Assembly: GCA_028534125.1 (NCBI GenBank)
Contig: CM052817.1
Location: 76,324,001 to 76,388,000 of the forward strand
From: Lama glama
Taxonomy: Eukaryota
Length of the DNA: 64,000 bases
Reading direction: 5' to 3'
A program made the translations under genes and the position numbers. The notes below the pieces were generated by a model. It saw nothing but the letters and a program-made list of their open reading frames with translations. It did no database searches and was not told the origin of the DNA. Shown piece by piece: positions 26,547 to 40,569 of the stretch. The number at the start of each line of letters is the position of its first letter. The stretch's first letter is position 1.

Positions 26547-29500
26547 AAAGGATAAAGGAAATTCTCTTTCATTACAAAAATTATATATATGTATATATAC
26601 ACAAATATACATTTTTTTGCAGACCTAAGGAAGTAGCACATTTCTTTGCCTTCTTGCCTTTTCAGCCTTAATATTCCTTCTGGTATACTCATCACAGCCC
26701 CTGTATTTATAGTCAGCCTCGGTACTTACCTTTAAGTCAAATATTTGATTTAGATGTGATAACAGCTAGTAACCTAATGTGAAATGTTTCTCTATTGCCT
26801 CATTAATTATAGCATCTCTCCTGTAATCTAGATAATAAATAATAAAATAGTAAGAATATGTTCACAAATTTATCATACACTCTCTTTCAGATTTTTAACA
26901 ATGTTTTACATTTTACAGAAAGTATGGAAACCAGTATCATAACCTCTCTCCTTTGTAAAAATTCCTTCTGGTTTTATTTTAAACCATACCATTAATTTAG
27001 AGCTTCAGTTGTATTTGAGATGAACTGTTTATTCCACCAGGGCAAAGAAACTGATAAATCTATGTGTTTTTGAATGTAAAAATATATTTATCACTTAATA
27101 AGATGGCACATACCTATGTGTGTACTTTAAAAAGGCAATGGGGGGGCTTTTTTGTACGTTGCTTCTTGATGTGTTAGTGGTTTGCAAAAACTTGAATCTT
27201 AGCTACTTTTCTCTATTTTAATGGTAATAAAAATTAAGCTAATGAAACATATGGGGAACATAAGGCTTATTCATACAATTAAATTTACCTATGACAAGAT
27301 TAATTCATTTCCAGATCCTTCAAGAAGGGTCTAATGCCCTGTATTAGGCAAGGTAGGAGAGCCATACGCTTCTAGTAAATTAATGTTTTTCCATTTAAAT
27401 CATCTTTTTAAAAATTTAGCATGTATGAAAGTGTGCGTTTCCACAGTTAATTCAGTGGAATACACCTGAAGTTGAAATAGTCTTCTTTGTATTAAAGAAC
27501 AAAAATAGAAATCAATTTATATGAGGTGAGATTTTTCTAATGATTTTTATTAGTTATTGTAAAATGGTAGTGTTTTCTCCATGATGGTACAGATATTCTT
27601 AATTTTGAATGAAATACTTATGAGTTATGTAGAAATGAGTCTCTGTCATTGGGGCCTAGTGGTGGATTGATTAAATTGCATTGAACTTCTAATGTAACCT
27701 ATTAACTTAAATAGGATTTGCTGGTATAAATACTTAGTGAACCACCGTTCCTGTGTGTTTATTTCCGGCGTGTGAGAGAATAACTCTTTAGCACCTCAAA
27801 AGAGAGTTTGAGCACTGCCTCTTGAGTTTATTAGTGGCTTGCATATGACAGTGTTCTTATATGTGCAGTCTTATTTATTTCACAGTGATCAGAGTGACAA
27901 CACTACATTTCCACTCTACTCTCTTCCATTAAACTAGGGCAAAAATCAAACTCAATGACATTTCCCCTCCCTCCAGAGGATCTTGTCTCTGAGTGGATAA
28001 TTGGGAAACATCCAAAGAATGTGGAGAGGAGGTTCAAAATGTGGGTAGAGTAAACATATTAGATTAAAAACCAAATAAATAGCTTGAAATTCCAAATTAA
28101 TCAGAAATGAAGAGAAACAAAAAGGAGTCAAGGAAATCTTTTTAAAACTTACACTTATGGTTAACAAATTCAAATATATTGAAGTGTATTTTGGCTAAAT
28201 TCAAGTTATAAAGTGTGATCAACTTCTTCTTTTGCTCACAAACAGGTTAATTCAATTTGTTCAGATTCCTATTATCCAACATTTATTGTTTTGCTCCATT
28301 TTACTGAGAAATTTGATTAAAAAATAATTCTACAAAGGTACTTTAAGCTCCTAGTTTCACTGAGCCTTCCAAGTCTCTAATAGAGCCTGATCAAGAGAAT
28401 TAAATTATACCTTCATGTTGTAGTGATGTAAATCCAGCTTCAAAAGCATCTAACTGATTCTGACTCTGCCATTTGAATCAATTAGAGTGTGTTTAGTAAT
28501 TGCAAGATACTGGGCAGTTTATTAAACTGGAAAAGACAAAAGTACTTAATGCTGTGTAGAAATGAAACTTGTCTTGACTGATTCTGTTACCTACTGAGGA
28601 CATGTTATCCATACTAGCAGCCAGAGTAATCAAATACAAGGTTATACACTATTCAACTAATGCTCTGACTTGACAATGGAAATAATCAGTTACACACCCA
28701 AAAGCTGGCACCTGACAGTAGGTGTACAGTGTATAAAGTCGGAAAATCGAGACTGTTGTGGTAGATACAATGACTTCAGACGCTAACTCGCAGGAGTCAA
28801 TGTGGACTCCACAGGTTAAGGGCACGTGGGTCTGGTTACACGCTCAACTAGTTTAAAAATGATATAGAGATGCACTTTGTTTCTGTCAAATTATTTTATC
28901 ATTGTTACTTTTATAATAACAGTTAAGTTACACTTGACAGAAACAGAAGTTGTGTTATATTTAAACTGTTTTTCCACACTATATATCAGTTTTCAAAAAT
29001 TCCAGCTCAAACAGTGTAATTACTTTCAAGAAGCAGAACTCACTTCAATGGTTTAAGAACTATTCTTAGGGTCATTGATTCTCCAAAGGTTTCTGGTTTT
29101 TTGTTTTCTTTTCAATTATGCCTTTCTTCAAAACATTTTGCTCAAAAATTTTGATAGACTTGTAAGACTAGGTGACATTTATGCTTGTACCCTTTAAAAA
29201 AAAACTTTATTTGTCATGATCCATGATATTCTTTATGAAACTACTAAAGGGTAAAAAAAAATACACAAAAATAGAAAAAAAAATACAAACATTTACTTAC
29301 AGAAAAAGAAGGAAGTGGGAAAATGTTTTCATAATAAAGCAATCTTAAGAAAACAGAAATCTCTAAATCATGTGACACACTCTATAAATTATTCTAGTTA
29401 ATTTTTTCACCTATTTAAAAAAAGAGAAACTTCATTAAAAAGAAGATGCCTTTATAATGTGGAAATATTCAATTGAGACTCAAGCTTTGAAGCAGCATAG

Positions 29501-29581
29501 ACACTTGTAAATAATTTTCAGAATTTCTATCTTAAATTTTATTTCAAAGTGCATAAGTAACAATTATAAAAAATTATTTCA

Positions 29582-29765
29582 AATCTATATATAAAATAGA
29601 TAAACAATAAATTTCTTCTTTATAGCACAGGGAACTATATTCAATATCTTGTAGTAACCTACAATGAGAAAGAATGTGAAAATGAAGACATGTGTGTATA
29701 TGTATGACTGAAACATTATGCTGTACACCAGAAATCGACACATTGTAACTGACTATACTTCAATT
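29582..29765 (+). mobile_element. Short L1 3' UTR insertion with 13-bp TSD
   Basis: L1 3' tail flanked by aaaaattatttca at 29569-29581 and 29766-29778. Confidence 0.85.
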
Positions 29766-29834
29766 AAAAATTATTTCAGAAATAAATGTTCACTGCCTGT
29801 GAAGTGTTGCAGGTTATTACAAAACAAGGATCTC

Positions 29835-30207
29835 TGTATTAGCCAGGGTTCTCCAGAAAAATGGAATCAATAGGATGGAGAGAGAGAAAAAGAGAGAGAT
29901 TTATTGTAATGAATTAGCTCATACCTTATGGAGGATGGTGAATCCAAATTCTGCTGTGTGGGACAGCAGGCTGGAGATTCAGGAGAGCTGATTTGCAGAT
30001 AAAGTCCAAAAGAAATCTGCTTGAGATTTCTTTCTTGTTGCCTCTTTCTCCAGGAGACCAGCCTTCTGCTCTATTTAGAACTTCAACTAATTTGAAGAGG
30101 CCCAACCACATTATGCACCAGCAATCTACTTACTCTAAGTTCACCATTTAAATGATAATGTCATTCAAAGACACATTCCAAGTTGACACATAAAATTCAC
30201 CATCACA
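29835..30207 (-). mobile_element. MLT2 (ERVL) solo LTR
   Basis: tgtattagccagggttctccaga...gatttattgtaatgaattagctca...caagttgacacataaaattcaccatcaca, typical MLT2 termini. Confidence 0.85.
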
Positions 30208-30659
30208 CCCTATGACTACTGAATAACAGTTAGTTACCAGAATAGATACCATAACACAAATATTAATCTGTAGTTTCTAAGTAGATAGTTTTAAGCTGTT
30301 GATATTTCAGTAACTAAGACTACATAGCAGATACATTAATGTGTATATGTGTGTGTGTGATTGCAGGTTAACAGTAGATTCTCTGAGGAGTGAAACAGTG
30401 AGGAAGAATTGGAAAGTGTTTTTCTTTAAACTTCTGTATGGATTTGATTTTTATTTTTATAGGAAATACATATTAATTATATATTTTAAATTAGTGCACA
30501 TATAAAGTAAAAAATAAATGTAATAGTTGTTTAGGAATTGACCTCTTAGAAAAAATGATATTTTATCCTGTGTATTATTTCAGAGTTTACCTACTACTTT
30601 TAGATGTAATATTTCACTTGATTATCAGCAGCATATCCAACCCTACATAATCAAGAAAA

Positions 30660-30875
30660 GTGTAGTATGGCCAAGAAAGGACTCTATCTGGAGTCCAAAG
30701 TCCTAGAGTTCTCCCTGGGTTCCCTTCTCTTATCTGAGTAAAACTTTGGGTCAAATCATGTAAGTTCTCTAACATTTAGGTTTCAAATATGTAGGCACAG
30801 AAATAATAATGGTGACTAACTCACAACATAGCAATCAAATAAATTCATGTATATTAAGCCATTTTGTAAATTGTG
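30660..30875 (+). mobile_element. MIR SINE
   Basis: tgtagtatgg...ctggagtccaaagtccta...ctttgggtcaaatcatgtaagttctct...aataataatgg. Confidence 0.55.
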
Positions 30876-32487
30876 AATGCGTATCAGCTAATATGGGCCA
30901 GATCTAGTATGTAAATTTATGTAACTAATAAGTAGTGCAGCTAGGGGAAGAATCCAGTTGGCTTGATTTTTTTTTTCCTGTATCCTATCTCTAGCAGCAC
31001 GTCTTCATGATAGAATGTTATCTTTCAAATATAACGCTATATAGATTAATTTATCTTAAGAGTCAGTAGGCTGTCACTGGCAGCAGTGGTGGTGTTAGTT
31101 ATGGTGGGGGTGGAAACCCCCAGTGTACAAAGTAGGAGATGCTCCTTCAGGTCCCCCAGCTGGTAACTGTTCTCAACCAAAATCCATTTAAAAAGTGACA
31201 TACAATGAATGCATCCTATTTGAAAATCATACCTGGAACATTTCTTCCGGGATGTATATGTGTTGGGGATGGGAAATGGGGCAAACTTATCATTAGTTAA
31301 AAAAGTTGAGGAAACCTGGGCTAGAGATCAGTGTCAAATATCCTAAACTCTCTGTAGACCAGGGTTTTGCAGTAGAATTAATTTGGAATCTGTTCATGAA
31401 AAGAATAAAAATATATACAACTTTACATTCAATACAATATGTATATGTAAATGAAAAACATTTTGTACAAGGGCATAATGTGGTATTCTCTCAATAAAAT
31501 AATAATTCTGGAAACTCCAGATTATGGATAATTTCTTCATGAAAACTAAATCCTGAAGGAAAGACACATCCTTTCAGTTTTAAAAATATCTAAAGCAGTT
31601 TGTTATACCTGGGATCTTTAAAACCCAAATCATTTATTTGCAGACTAATGCACAGTAGTAAAATTAGAAGTGTGGGATCCAGATTAATAGAAAAAATAAT
31701 CTGTTTTGTAACCAGATTCTTTATGCTGTTTGTCTGTAAAACTGTACTTGCTCTAGCAGTATTTTGAGCAATAAGGGAGATGCGATATTTAAAATGTTTA
31801 AGCAGTGAATGGCACACTTAATAGATATTATCTATTATTATCATTATTATATTTAACCTTGCAGTGGGGTTGTTGTGGTAGAGTCATTTAACTTTCATTT
31901 ATGCCTCAAAATCGTCATCTAATAGTGAGTTAAGTTAATTAACTAACTTGACTCTCCTCTAACTCTTGAAGTTAATGCTCTTCCACTACTTCTGAAATTA
32001 TAGTGCCTGAGAAATTTTAGAAAAAAAATAGCTTTTCAATTGCAAATAATTAGAAGCAAGTAATAAATCTATACTAGGAAGAATAGATATAAAATATTCC
32101 AGAGTCTATCGTTAGGTCTAATTGCAGCTTTCAAAAACCATTGCACATATTGAACAAATTTAACATGCCATTGAGCAATATTTTTATTTTGCTGGGAAGC
32201 TTGAAAATACACAATATAGAAATAACGTTTATCATTTATAGGATGTGTCGCCTTCTCTACCAAATATTTTTTATAGAGAAAGTTGCAACATAAATATTTT
32301 TATTAAATATGGGCTAAAGTTAGCAAATATGCTATTATCTGGTAAATTATACCCTATAGGAGGTGAAAAAGTAGAAAGTTCCCAAAAGGAACAAATGAAT
32401 GTAGGCAGAGGAAGAATCACCTGCTATTCTTTATTGTCCTCCTTTTTTGATATCATTTTATCTTGTTTGGCTATAACATTCTTTTGA

Positions 32488-32488
32488 G

Positions 32489-32525
<37 letters not shown>
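32488..32525. repeat. (TA)n(CA)n microsatellite
   Basis: Directly visible. Confidence 0.9.
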
Positions 32526-32576
32526 AATGTATTCTTACTTATGCATGTATAGATGTAAATATATATATTTACTTAC

Positions 32577-33104
32577 TGTTGAGAGTTTAGCTAAGCTGCT
32601 CCATGGGATTGTTGCTTTGGCAATGATTTTGTTTGGTCAAACAGAGGCAAGGATCTTAAACTGACACTAGTCCCTTGTGCAAGCACCCCCACACTACCTA
32701 CCAGCTTACAGAGTCACAAGCAAATTTAATTTCCTGATATGAATTTCCCAACAGCCTTTGTGATCAAAAGTATTCCTTGCTTTGTAGGGCCTTCTCCGGT
32801 ATGCCCCTTAGATAAGACCCCCTTGGAGCTTATTAAAACCTTGCTCTCTTTTGTTTGAATTGACCAATCCTGCCTTAACCTGGGAACATCAAAGAACTCC
32901 ATCCATGGACCATTATGAAGGGCCCCAGATCCTGTCGCTCTCTGCCTGGACCCTTCCTTGACCTTCTCTAGAGGCCCCTTGAAATAGTCCATGTGCTTCC
33001 TCCAGGCTGTGCGGAAAATAAACTTCTCACTCTCAATTTCTCTTGTGGTCTTTTATTAGAATGACACACAGCTCACCATCCTGGACCCTGTGCTCCAATG
33101 AACA
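32577..33104 (+). mobile_element. ERV solo LTR (probably ERV1 class)
   Basis: TG...CA ends (tgttgagag...atgaaca), CCAAT (gaccaatc) and aataaa at ~33017; GC richer than the flanks. Confidence 0.65.
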
Positions 33105-35915
33105 AATAATTTAATAAAACCATAATTCTTATTCAAATATATATAACATGTGAAAAGCATAAATGAAAATGTTTCTTCTGTTTTGCAACTTGTTATGGTA
33201 ATTTATTTGTCTTGTTGATCTTTTCAACATTTGTTTACTTGATAACAACATGAAATTCCCTTATTAATTTGCAGGAAACAAAATATGTTGCCTCTGAAGG
33301 CAAGTGTACACTCAACAGTGGAAAGAGAACACCCCTACATGTCAACAGAAAGCATCTCTGAAAGCTAGAAGGATTAAGAAAGTGGAGATCACAGGTGAGC
33401 TACCAACACTATTTGGTTTTCAGTGTGCATCTGGCATCCTGAGAAAAAGGGAATGTGGATTTAGAGCAATTGCATATTTATCATTCAAGATTGTTAAGAG
33501 ATTGAGTATCTCATATATCCACTTGTTCAAGTTTTATAAGACCCTAAATAGCACTTTTAAGTAGAGCAATTAATTTTTTTCTTCATTAACTTTAATTATG
33601 CTTAGAAGCCTAGAAATCTTGGAGTAATTTCAGAAAACAAGCCTGCTTACTAAATGGATTTTCTCTAGTTCTAACAAATCAGAATGACTCTAAAAACATC
33701 AGTATGAGCCTCATTAAGAAGAAAAAAAAAAGAAAACCATAGAACTCTAGATAAAGTATGTTTAGTTTAAGGTTATAATCAAGTATTAAAAAAGTGAAGC
33801 AGAAGAAACTAAGTAACTGATTTAATATCTTCCTACTATTCTTAAAATACAATTCTATGTAATGAGATATATTAAATACAGAGATTTTCTAAAAAAAATT
33901 AGTCTTTTGAAGGAAATGTTTAAAAGGCAACGAGCAGGTGTTCACAGGACACAACTTAGGAACAGAAATGCATTTTCACTATGATAATGGCAACAAATAT
34001 AACACTGCTCTTATTAAGAGCTATAATGTTAACTAACATTTATATCTCTATAACAAGAAGATTTTGACAAATTATTTCATTTAATTGTTATTAATATGCT
34101 TAAATAACTTTCTTATCTAGTTTTATTGTTTTATGCCAAATCTGAGTGAAACAAAGTGATACAGAAATTGGCTTTTCTTAATTAGCAGCATTTTTCTATG
34201 AATTATGTTTGATATCAGCATGTATATATTGTAATACTCACACTTTTCTGTCAAATTTGAATAATTCAGAAACAAATTGAAGTATTTCACTTAGGGAATA
34301 ATCAGATACATTGTATTTTCCACTAATTGCCTAAGGTTTTCACATTTAGCTAGTTGCATCTGCATTGATCATAGTGTTTTGCAAAGGAAAATAATTAGCC
34401 TTTGAGAAAAAAGGAAAGCTGTTGCTTTTCCCCTGCATTAAAAAGATAAAACAACTTGACAAGATATTAAGATACTTTAAAAAATGTACATTCAGAAAAG
34501 TAACAGTAAAGGAGAGAAGAAAAAAATCCATAAAAGAGGAAAAATTATAGTGAAATGCTTTTTGATACAAATTCATTACATGTAATAAAGCCTTAATATC
34601 TTAAACTTGAACACTTTCCTTTAAAACCATCAGCAAAAATTTTTACTTTTAAATTGAAAAATACAGACTGCATTGCCTGTCATTACTACATTATGTAATT
34701 ACTTAATATTTTCAAAAGTTCATAACATAGTCAAATATCCAATTCATTTTAGATTTTAAGAAAATCTTAACTTTTCTGTATAATGATAATTATGTTATTT
34801 ACAATTCTGCCTTCACATTTTCATGATACGGTAAAATTAAAGTATAGATTTATATTGTCAGAAAAAAATTGATAATTTCTTTCCTATTATCACTGCTTTT
34901 CTTCCTCAAAACTTTGGTTAAAATGGCTTTTCCACTGAATTGACTGATGCTCTCATTATTCATAGTGAATGAACTTGATATTTTGACATTGCTTACAAAC
35001 ATAAGCCTTAAAACTATGCCTTACACATCATAGGGACATGAGGTGTACAATTTGATTGAAATAAAAATGTTAGAATCATCAAAACTAGATTTTGTTCTCC
35101 TGCCTCATTTTAATCCTTCTCTGTAGACTTGGACCAGGTCCAGTAATAATAGCCTGTCTTTTCCAAAAGCTTTACTAATAACTTTGTGAAGTCAGTCAAT
35201 AATTCTAGAAGTATGCTCTAGTTACATGCAGAAGTTCTGTGTAAATATACCAGTGTAACACTGTGGGTCTAAGTGTCTTATCTAAAAACAATAGAGAAGA
35301 TGGTAACATCTCCTTTGCAATGACTACTCAAAATACTAACTCCAATTGTTATCGGTAAGTGAATTTTCATAAAATTGTTGTACTATTTCCCATAGTGTTT
35401 GCTTAATGCATAGTCCATCCTTTTGTCTTCTTAAGTCATTATTTAATCTCTTCAGACATTGCTAGAGGGTGGTAACTGAATGACCCACTCTACCTTGATA
35501 CAATTTATACTCAATTAGTATTAGATTACCCTGAATGATACTGGAACTTTATCTTTTATGTAGATACCGTATTCGAGTGGGACTAAGTCAATGAGTTTAG
35601 AAAATCTTAAGTGTAACATGAATTGTCATTATTTTGCTCACTCAAGCAGTCAAAAAAGAGACATACTATTTGAATGTGAAAGGCTTGGTTTCCTTTAGTC
35701 CATACAGAACTGTAAAGAACTGTACACTGTCACACACAAAATCCTGCTGCTGCTATTATAACAAGTATTATTTTCTCTTACCATTCAAGAAATTGATATA
35801 CAGATAGTTACATAGAACTCCATATTTGTTTAAAACGGATAATGGATGGAAAGACACTTCTATATTTCTTTTGTATTATCTATTTATCTATATTTTATTT
35901 TTTAAAAACCTGCTT

Positions 35916-36430
35916 TGTCAAAGCCCTTCAGCTGAAAATCACCAGGAATATAACAGCGGTTGATCAAGTTGGGTGTATGACTCTTTGCAGTGAGGGAGAA
36001 ACATCACCATGGGAGATGGGGAGCTCAGGAAGAGGGTATGAGAAAGAATCCATCATATGCCTGGTATTTTGGTTTGGCAATTTGGGGGAGGGTTTAAGGA
36101 AGCAGAGATATGCTCTAGATCAGGTGCTTTCAGAAAATGGGGACAATTCTATGCTTGGGTTTCTTAATAAATCTTATCTATGTGGAGGGCAAATTAGAGC
36201 CTGGATTAAACTGTAATTAATAAACAGGTAGTAGCACTCATTTTACCTGAAAAATGGGGACGTTTGGTATCTTGTTGTTTTCACTGTGATGCTGTTTTTG
36301 TCTGCCTTTATCATGTTGCATGATGTTGATATTCTTCAAGATTGTTTATATCTGACTGGAGAAAAACATAGCCTAGCTATGAATCAGGAATTAGTTCCTG
36401 ATGTCAGGGATATCCTTATTTTTCTCTTAG
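35916..36430 (-). mobile_element. Old ERV LTR (antisense)
   Basis: Starts tgtcaaag; tgatcaagttgggtgtatgactctttgcagtgagggag resembles MER4-group/ERV1 LTRs. Confidence 0.5.
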
Positions 36431-36649
36431 TGTATTACCATAAGATACATAGATAGCTAGTGATACACAGAAATATGGGTGAACAGAGATACTCATTCTA
36501 AATCTCTCTATGTATTTCAGTCATCTGTCAACCCACTTACATGTATATATGTATGTGTATATGTGTAAATGCAAAATATGCTTAGTATTGATAAAACTTT
36601 TGCATATTATCATGTCTTTTCAATTGTTTATTATCTCAGAATGCATTTA

Positions 36650-37265
36650 CATCAAACAAATATTTATTAACTAATTACTATGTTCTAAGTACTAGAGGTA
36701 CAGTAATAGAACCACACAGCATTTCTTTCTTCATGAAGTTTATATTCCAGATGGAGGAAGAAAGACAAACACAATAAAAAAACCTACAAGAAAGTACTTA
36801 ATGTTTCAGATAACAATAAGTTATATAGAGAAAAATAAAGGATAATAAACTACATTAGAAGTTTTGGGAGGAAGGTAGTCAGGGAAGTTCTCATTGCATT
36901 AATGCCAAGATCTGAACAAAGAAAACGAATCACATGGATTTTAGGGAAGAACATTCCAGGTAACAGGAGCAGAAAATTTAGATGCCTTGAGAAAGGAACA
37001 TGTCTCTGTCATCAAAGAGCGTTGATTAGACTGGTGGGTTACAGGAAGTTGACTTAGGAGAGAAAAATAGGTGATGGAGTCATGAGAGTAGTGAGCATGT
37101 CAAATTATGCCAGATTTTTATGTCAATTTTAAAAATGGGTGTAATATAGTGGGATTAGCTTTCAGAAGAATCACAGGGGCAACTTGTAGAGAATGGAGCA
37201 CGAAATTTGTTTAAAGGTGAAAATGGTAAAAACTGTTAGGAGCAATTGTAATAATTTATGGGAGA
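36650..37265 (-). mobile_element. L2 LINE 3' end (antisense)
   Basis: caaacaaatatttattaactaattactatgttctaagtact...catgaagtttatattccag...agggaagaacattccaggtaacaggagcag. Confidence 0.8.
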
Positions 37266-39032
37266 AATACTGTTAATTCATTAACAATCTGCTTGTTGAA
37301 GTGAATCTTGTACTAGACTACAGGAAATACTTATGCAACATATGTCTTCTCTTACTTTGAGGGGCTTTCAATTTTGACTTTTTTAACTGAAGTGGTTAAT
37401 GGAGTATCATATTTGAAATACGTAAAATTCTATATCGAGGTATAATACAATCTAATAAATACAAAAATGGTGTTAAAATGAATATTCATAAAATTTTTTA
37501 AAGATTGCAATTGAGAAACTATACAATATCTTTACTGACTTTCTATAGAGAGCAGAGTAGCCCTCCTTTCCCAGATGCATCATTATCAAATGTGCTGATT
37601 TTCATGAAAGCACTGTGACCCTCCTCTCCCCATATGGTGCTCAAAGCTTGTGAGATTCACTTTAAAAAGAGGGGACTGAACCCTATTGCCTCTAGGGTCT
37701 GCTTAGATTTATAAAGTGATTATGATCATGGACTCAGGAGCCAAAACATCTAGAATTGAATCCCAACTGCTCAATTAAATGTCTGTGGGGCTTCAGATAG
37801 GTTATGAAAAAATAAGGGTGATTAGAATTATCCAAAGCCCAATGTGTTTATAAGACAGTTAAACCATACTCTAATTGGGCTATGATGCCATATAGTTTTT
37901 TGATGGGTCAGATATTTCTAGTCAATCACAAGGCTTATTCTCTGCATCTAAATTCCAGATGTGGACAAGAATAGCAAAAGTTTTCACTTGTTTATATGTT
38001 ATTGTTGATTATTAGTTGCCATTGAGATTCCTTTAGAATCTTTGGAAAGATTCCAAAACTGCTCACAAATAAGATAAATCAAATGGTTTATTTATGAAAT
38101 ATTATTTCACATTGAATATATTTCATTATAGACAAACATACTAACAAAGTAGTGGCTGCATTATCTAATCATCTTTGGATACTTTTTAAATGAGAACAAA
38201 TTATCATTGATCTTATCTACATGAAATTTATAAAATTTATCTCTCTATATATAGTAGGTCAAAAAAAAGCAAGTCACAAATGTAATAATTTTTGCTATCT
38301 TTTTCAGATACAAGTGGTTCATAACAGTATTGAAATAAAGCAAATATGCAAATCACATCGGCTTATTTGCATGCACATCACACAGCAGTAAATCCCCATC
38401 CTCTTGTCTTTTCCTCCTGAGTCCTATTTCAGCATCATTATCACTGACAAGGCAGTGTTAAGTAAGGCGGTGTTAGCTTTTAGGAACACATTTATGAGCT
38501 GCTAATCAATTATTTACAATCCTAGAGAAAACAGAGACTTGTTTAAATGCACACAATATTTATGGAAGCTCTAGCTATTACTGCTACTAAAAGAAGTCTA
38601 GCAGAAGAACATGTTCTATCTTATAAAACAAGTTCAAACTTACCGTTGTAAATTGGGAGAATCTTGACTTTTCTGGAAACTTGTTTTTAAAAGGAAACTA
38701 TATGTCACTACTTAGAAGTTAATTAACTCAGGTAATAATGGCTTTTAAACAGAAAATTAATAGCCATACTTAGTTTTGAAGTATCTTCACTCAGATTCTT
38801 TTTTAAGGTTTGCCTTTATTAGCTAAAAATATAAGCAAATTAATTGCATGTTTTTATGTGTAACAGTATTTTCTGAGTCTAATCTAAATTAAAAATGTGA
38901 CTTTTCAAAAAATAATGTATGAAGGGACTGCAAGATTACTCAAGTAAAATAAAGTTATATAAAGAGTATCTTCAATATTATACTTTAAAAGAAGAAATTT
39001 TAGAAGTAGCATATTTACCAAGTTTGAAATTA

Positions 39033-39693
39033 CTGTTGTCGATGCAGGAAAAACGGATGTGGGACACGAGGAGGGCTGTGTCCTAGGCTTCGGTTGAGCC
39101 CTGGGACATGCCCCACCATGTGTGGGTCCTTGCCTTCATGCAGGAAAGAATTCAAGAGCCAGCCACAGTTGAGTAGAGATAGATTTATTCAGAGAGATAC
39201 ACTGAAAGGCAAGAGAAAAGCCACAAAGTGTTGGGGTTGGGTGCTCAGATTAGAGTAAAAATAGGTACACATTCCCTAGGCAGAGTGTGGGCCATCTCCA
39301 AACAGGGGGTGGGAGAGAGAGAGGCAGGTGCTGAGGCACCGTGTTGCCAGTTTTTATAGGCTCAGTGGCTTCATATGCTAATAAGTGGAAAGACCAGTCT
39401 AACTAGCCTGGGGAGGGGGCTGGGATTCCCAGGAAGTTGGCCATTTCCCACTCTTTGACCTTTTGTGGCTAGCCTTGGGACTGCTATGGTGACTGTGGGC
39501 ATTATTCACCATGTTACTATATTACAACAAGTGTATAATGAAGTTCAAGATCTGCTAGAAGTCAAATCTCCAACCATCTTGAGCCTCAAGGCCTAAGGTG
39601 GGGTGGGGGGAGTTGAATCTTCCACCATTTTGATGTTAATTGCTGTAGCACTCCTTGAATGGCTTGAATGTGCCCTGCCCCCTTCCTGTCTCA
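39033..39693 (-). mobile_element. MER41-like ERV1 solo LTR
   Basis: TG...CA (tgttg...tgtctca); ccttgccttcatgcaggaaagaattcaagagc; antisense poly(A) signal tttatt; gtgtataatga...ccatcttg motif of the MER41 group. Confidence 0.7.
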
Positions 39694-39748
39694 TTTCTAC
39701 ACATGATATTGAAGGTTGGGTGGTGGGCTCTGAAGTCTTACACATGAT

Positions 39749-40560
39749 TGTTAGCCACTAATGAGACCCCTAAATTAGGAAGCCCACCTAAGTGTGGGGC
39801 CTTGCCTGCCAGCTGGAAAGAATTCACAAATGAGGCAAAGGGGCAGAGTGAAACTACTTTTATTTCTCAAAAGAGGAAAAGTAAGAAAAGTGCTCTAGTA
39901 GGGAAAGGAAGCACTTGAGTGGGGAGCCATCAGGCAAGATGGGCAGTAGAGACAGCTCCAGCTGGCTCGGCCACGTGGACTTTTATGGGAGACTTCTGCC
40001 ACTATGTCCTCCTTCTGGGTGTGATGGAGCCAATCAGTCTTTGTTCAAGCTTTTCAGTCCTCTTGTATGGGCTTCTGGTTATTGCCACTGTCATGGTGCT
40101 GGTTGGGCGTGTCACTTAGCATGCTAATACACTGCAATGAGTGTATAATGAGGCTCAAGGTTCACTGGAAATCAAATCCTCCACCATCTTGGGTTCTAAC
40201 CAGTTGTTTCTTCTCTGCAACTGCCTCCTGAGACTTAGATAAGAGTACTTGGTTTCTGTTTGAGGGAGGGGCAGAGGTATCATCTTGAGGGCAACAGCCT
40301 TGGTAACAAGAAGGAAAGTTGCTTTTAATCAAAATGCTTGCAATCTGGTGAACCCAGCATCCCCCTCCAAAAAAAAAAAAAATCTCCAAAGATTTTGTTC
40401 AGCCATGAAAGTTTTAAAGCGAAAGGAAGGCATATTCTCAGTTAATCATTGAGATAGGTGGTCAGAGACCTTGTCATCCCCCAGTGCCTGCAGGCTTGTC
40501 TTATCAACTGCTTGAGCTGCTCTTCTGTGACTCATGGAGGCCTGGGAAACTTCAGCTTTT
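39749..40560 (-). mobile_element. Second, related MER41-like LTR plus adjacent ERV-derived sequence
   Basis: ccttgcctgccagctggaaagaattcac; tagcatgctaatacactgcaatgagtgtataatgag...ccatcttgg; shares motif order with 39033-39693. Confidence 0.6.
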
Positions 40561-40569
40561 CTATAAATG

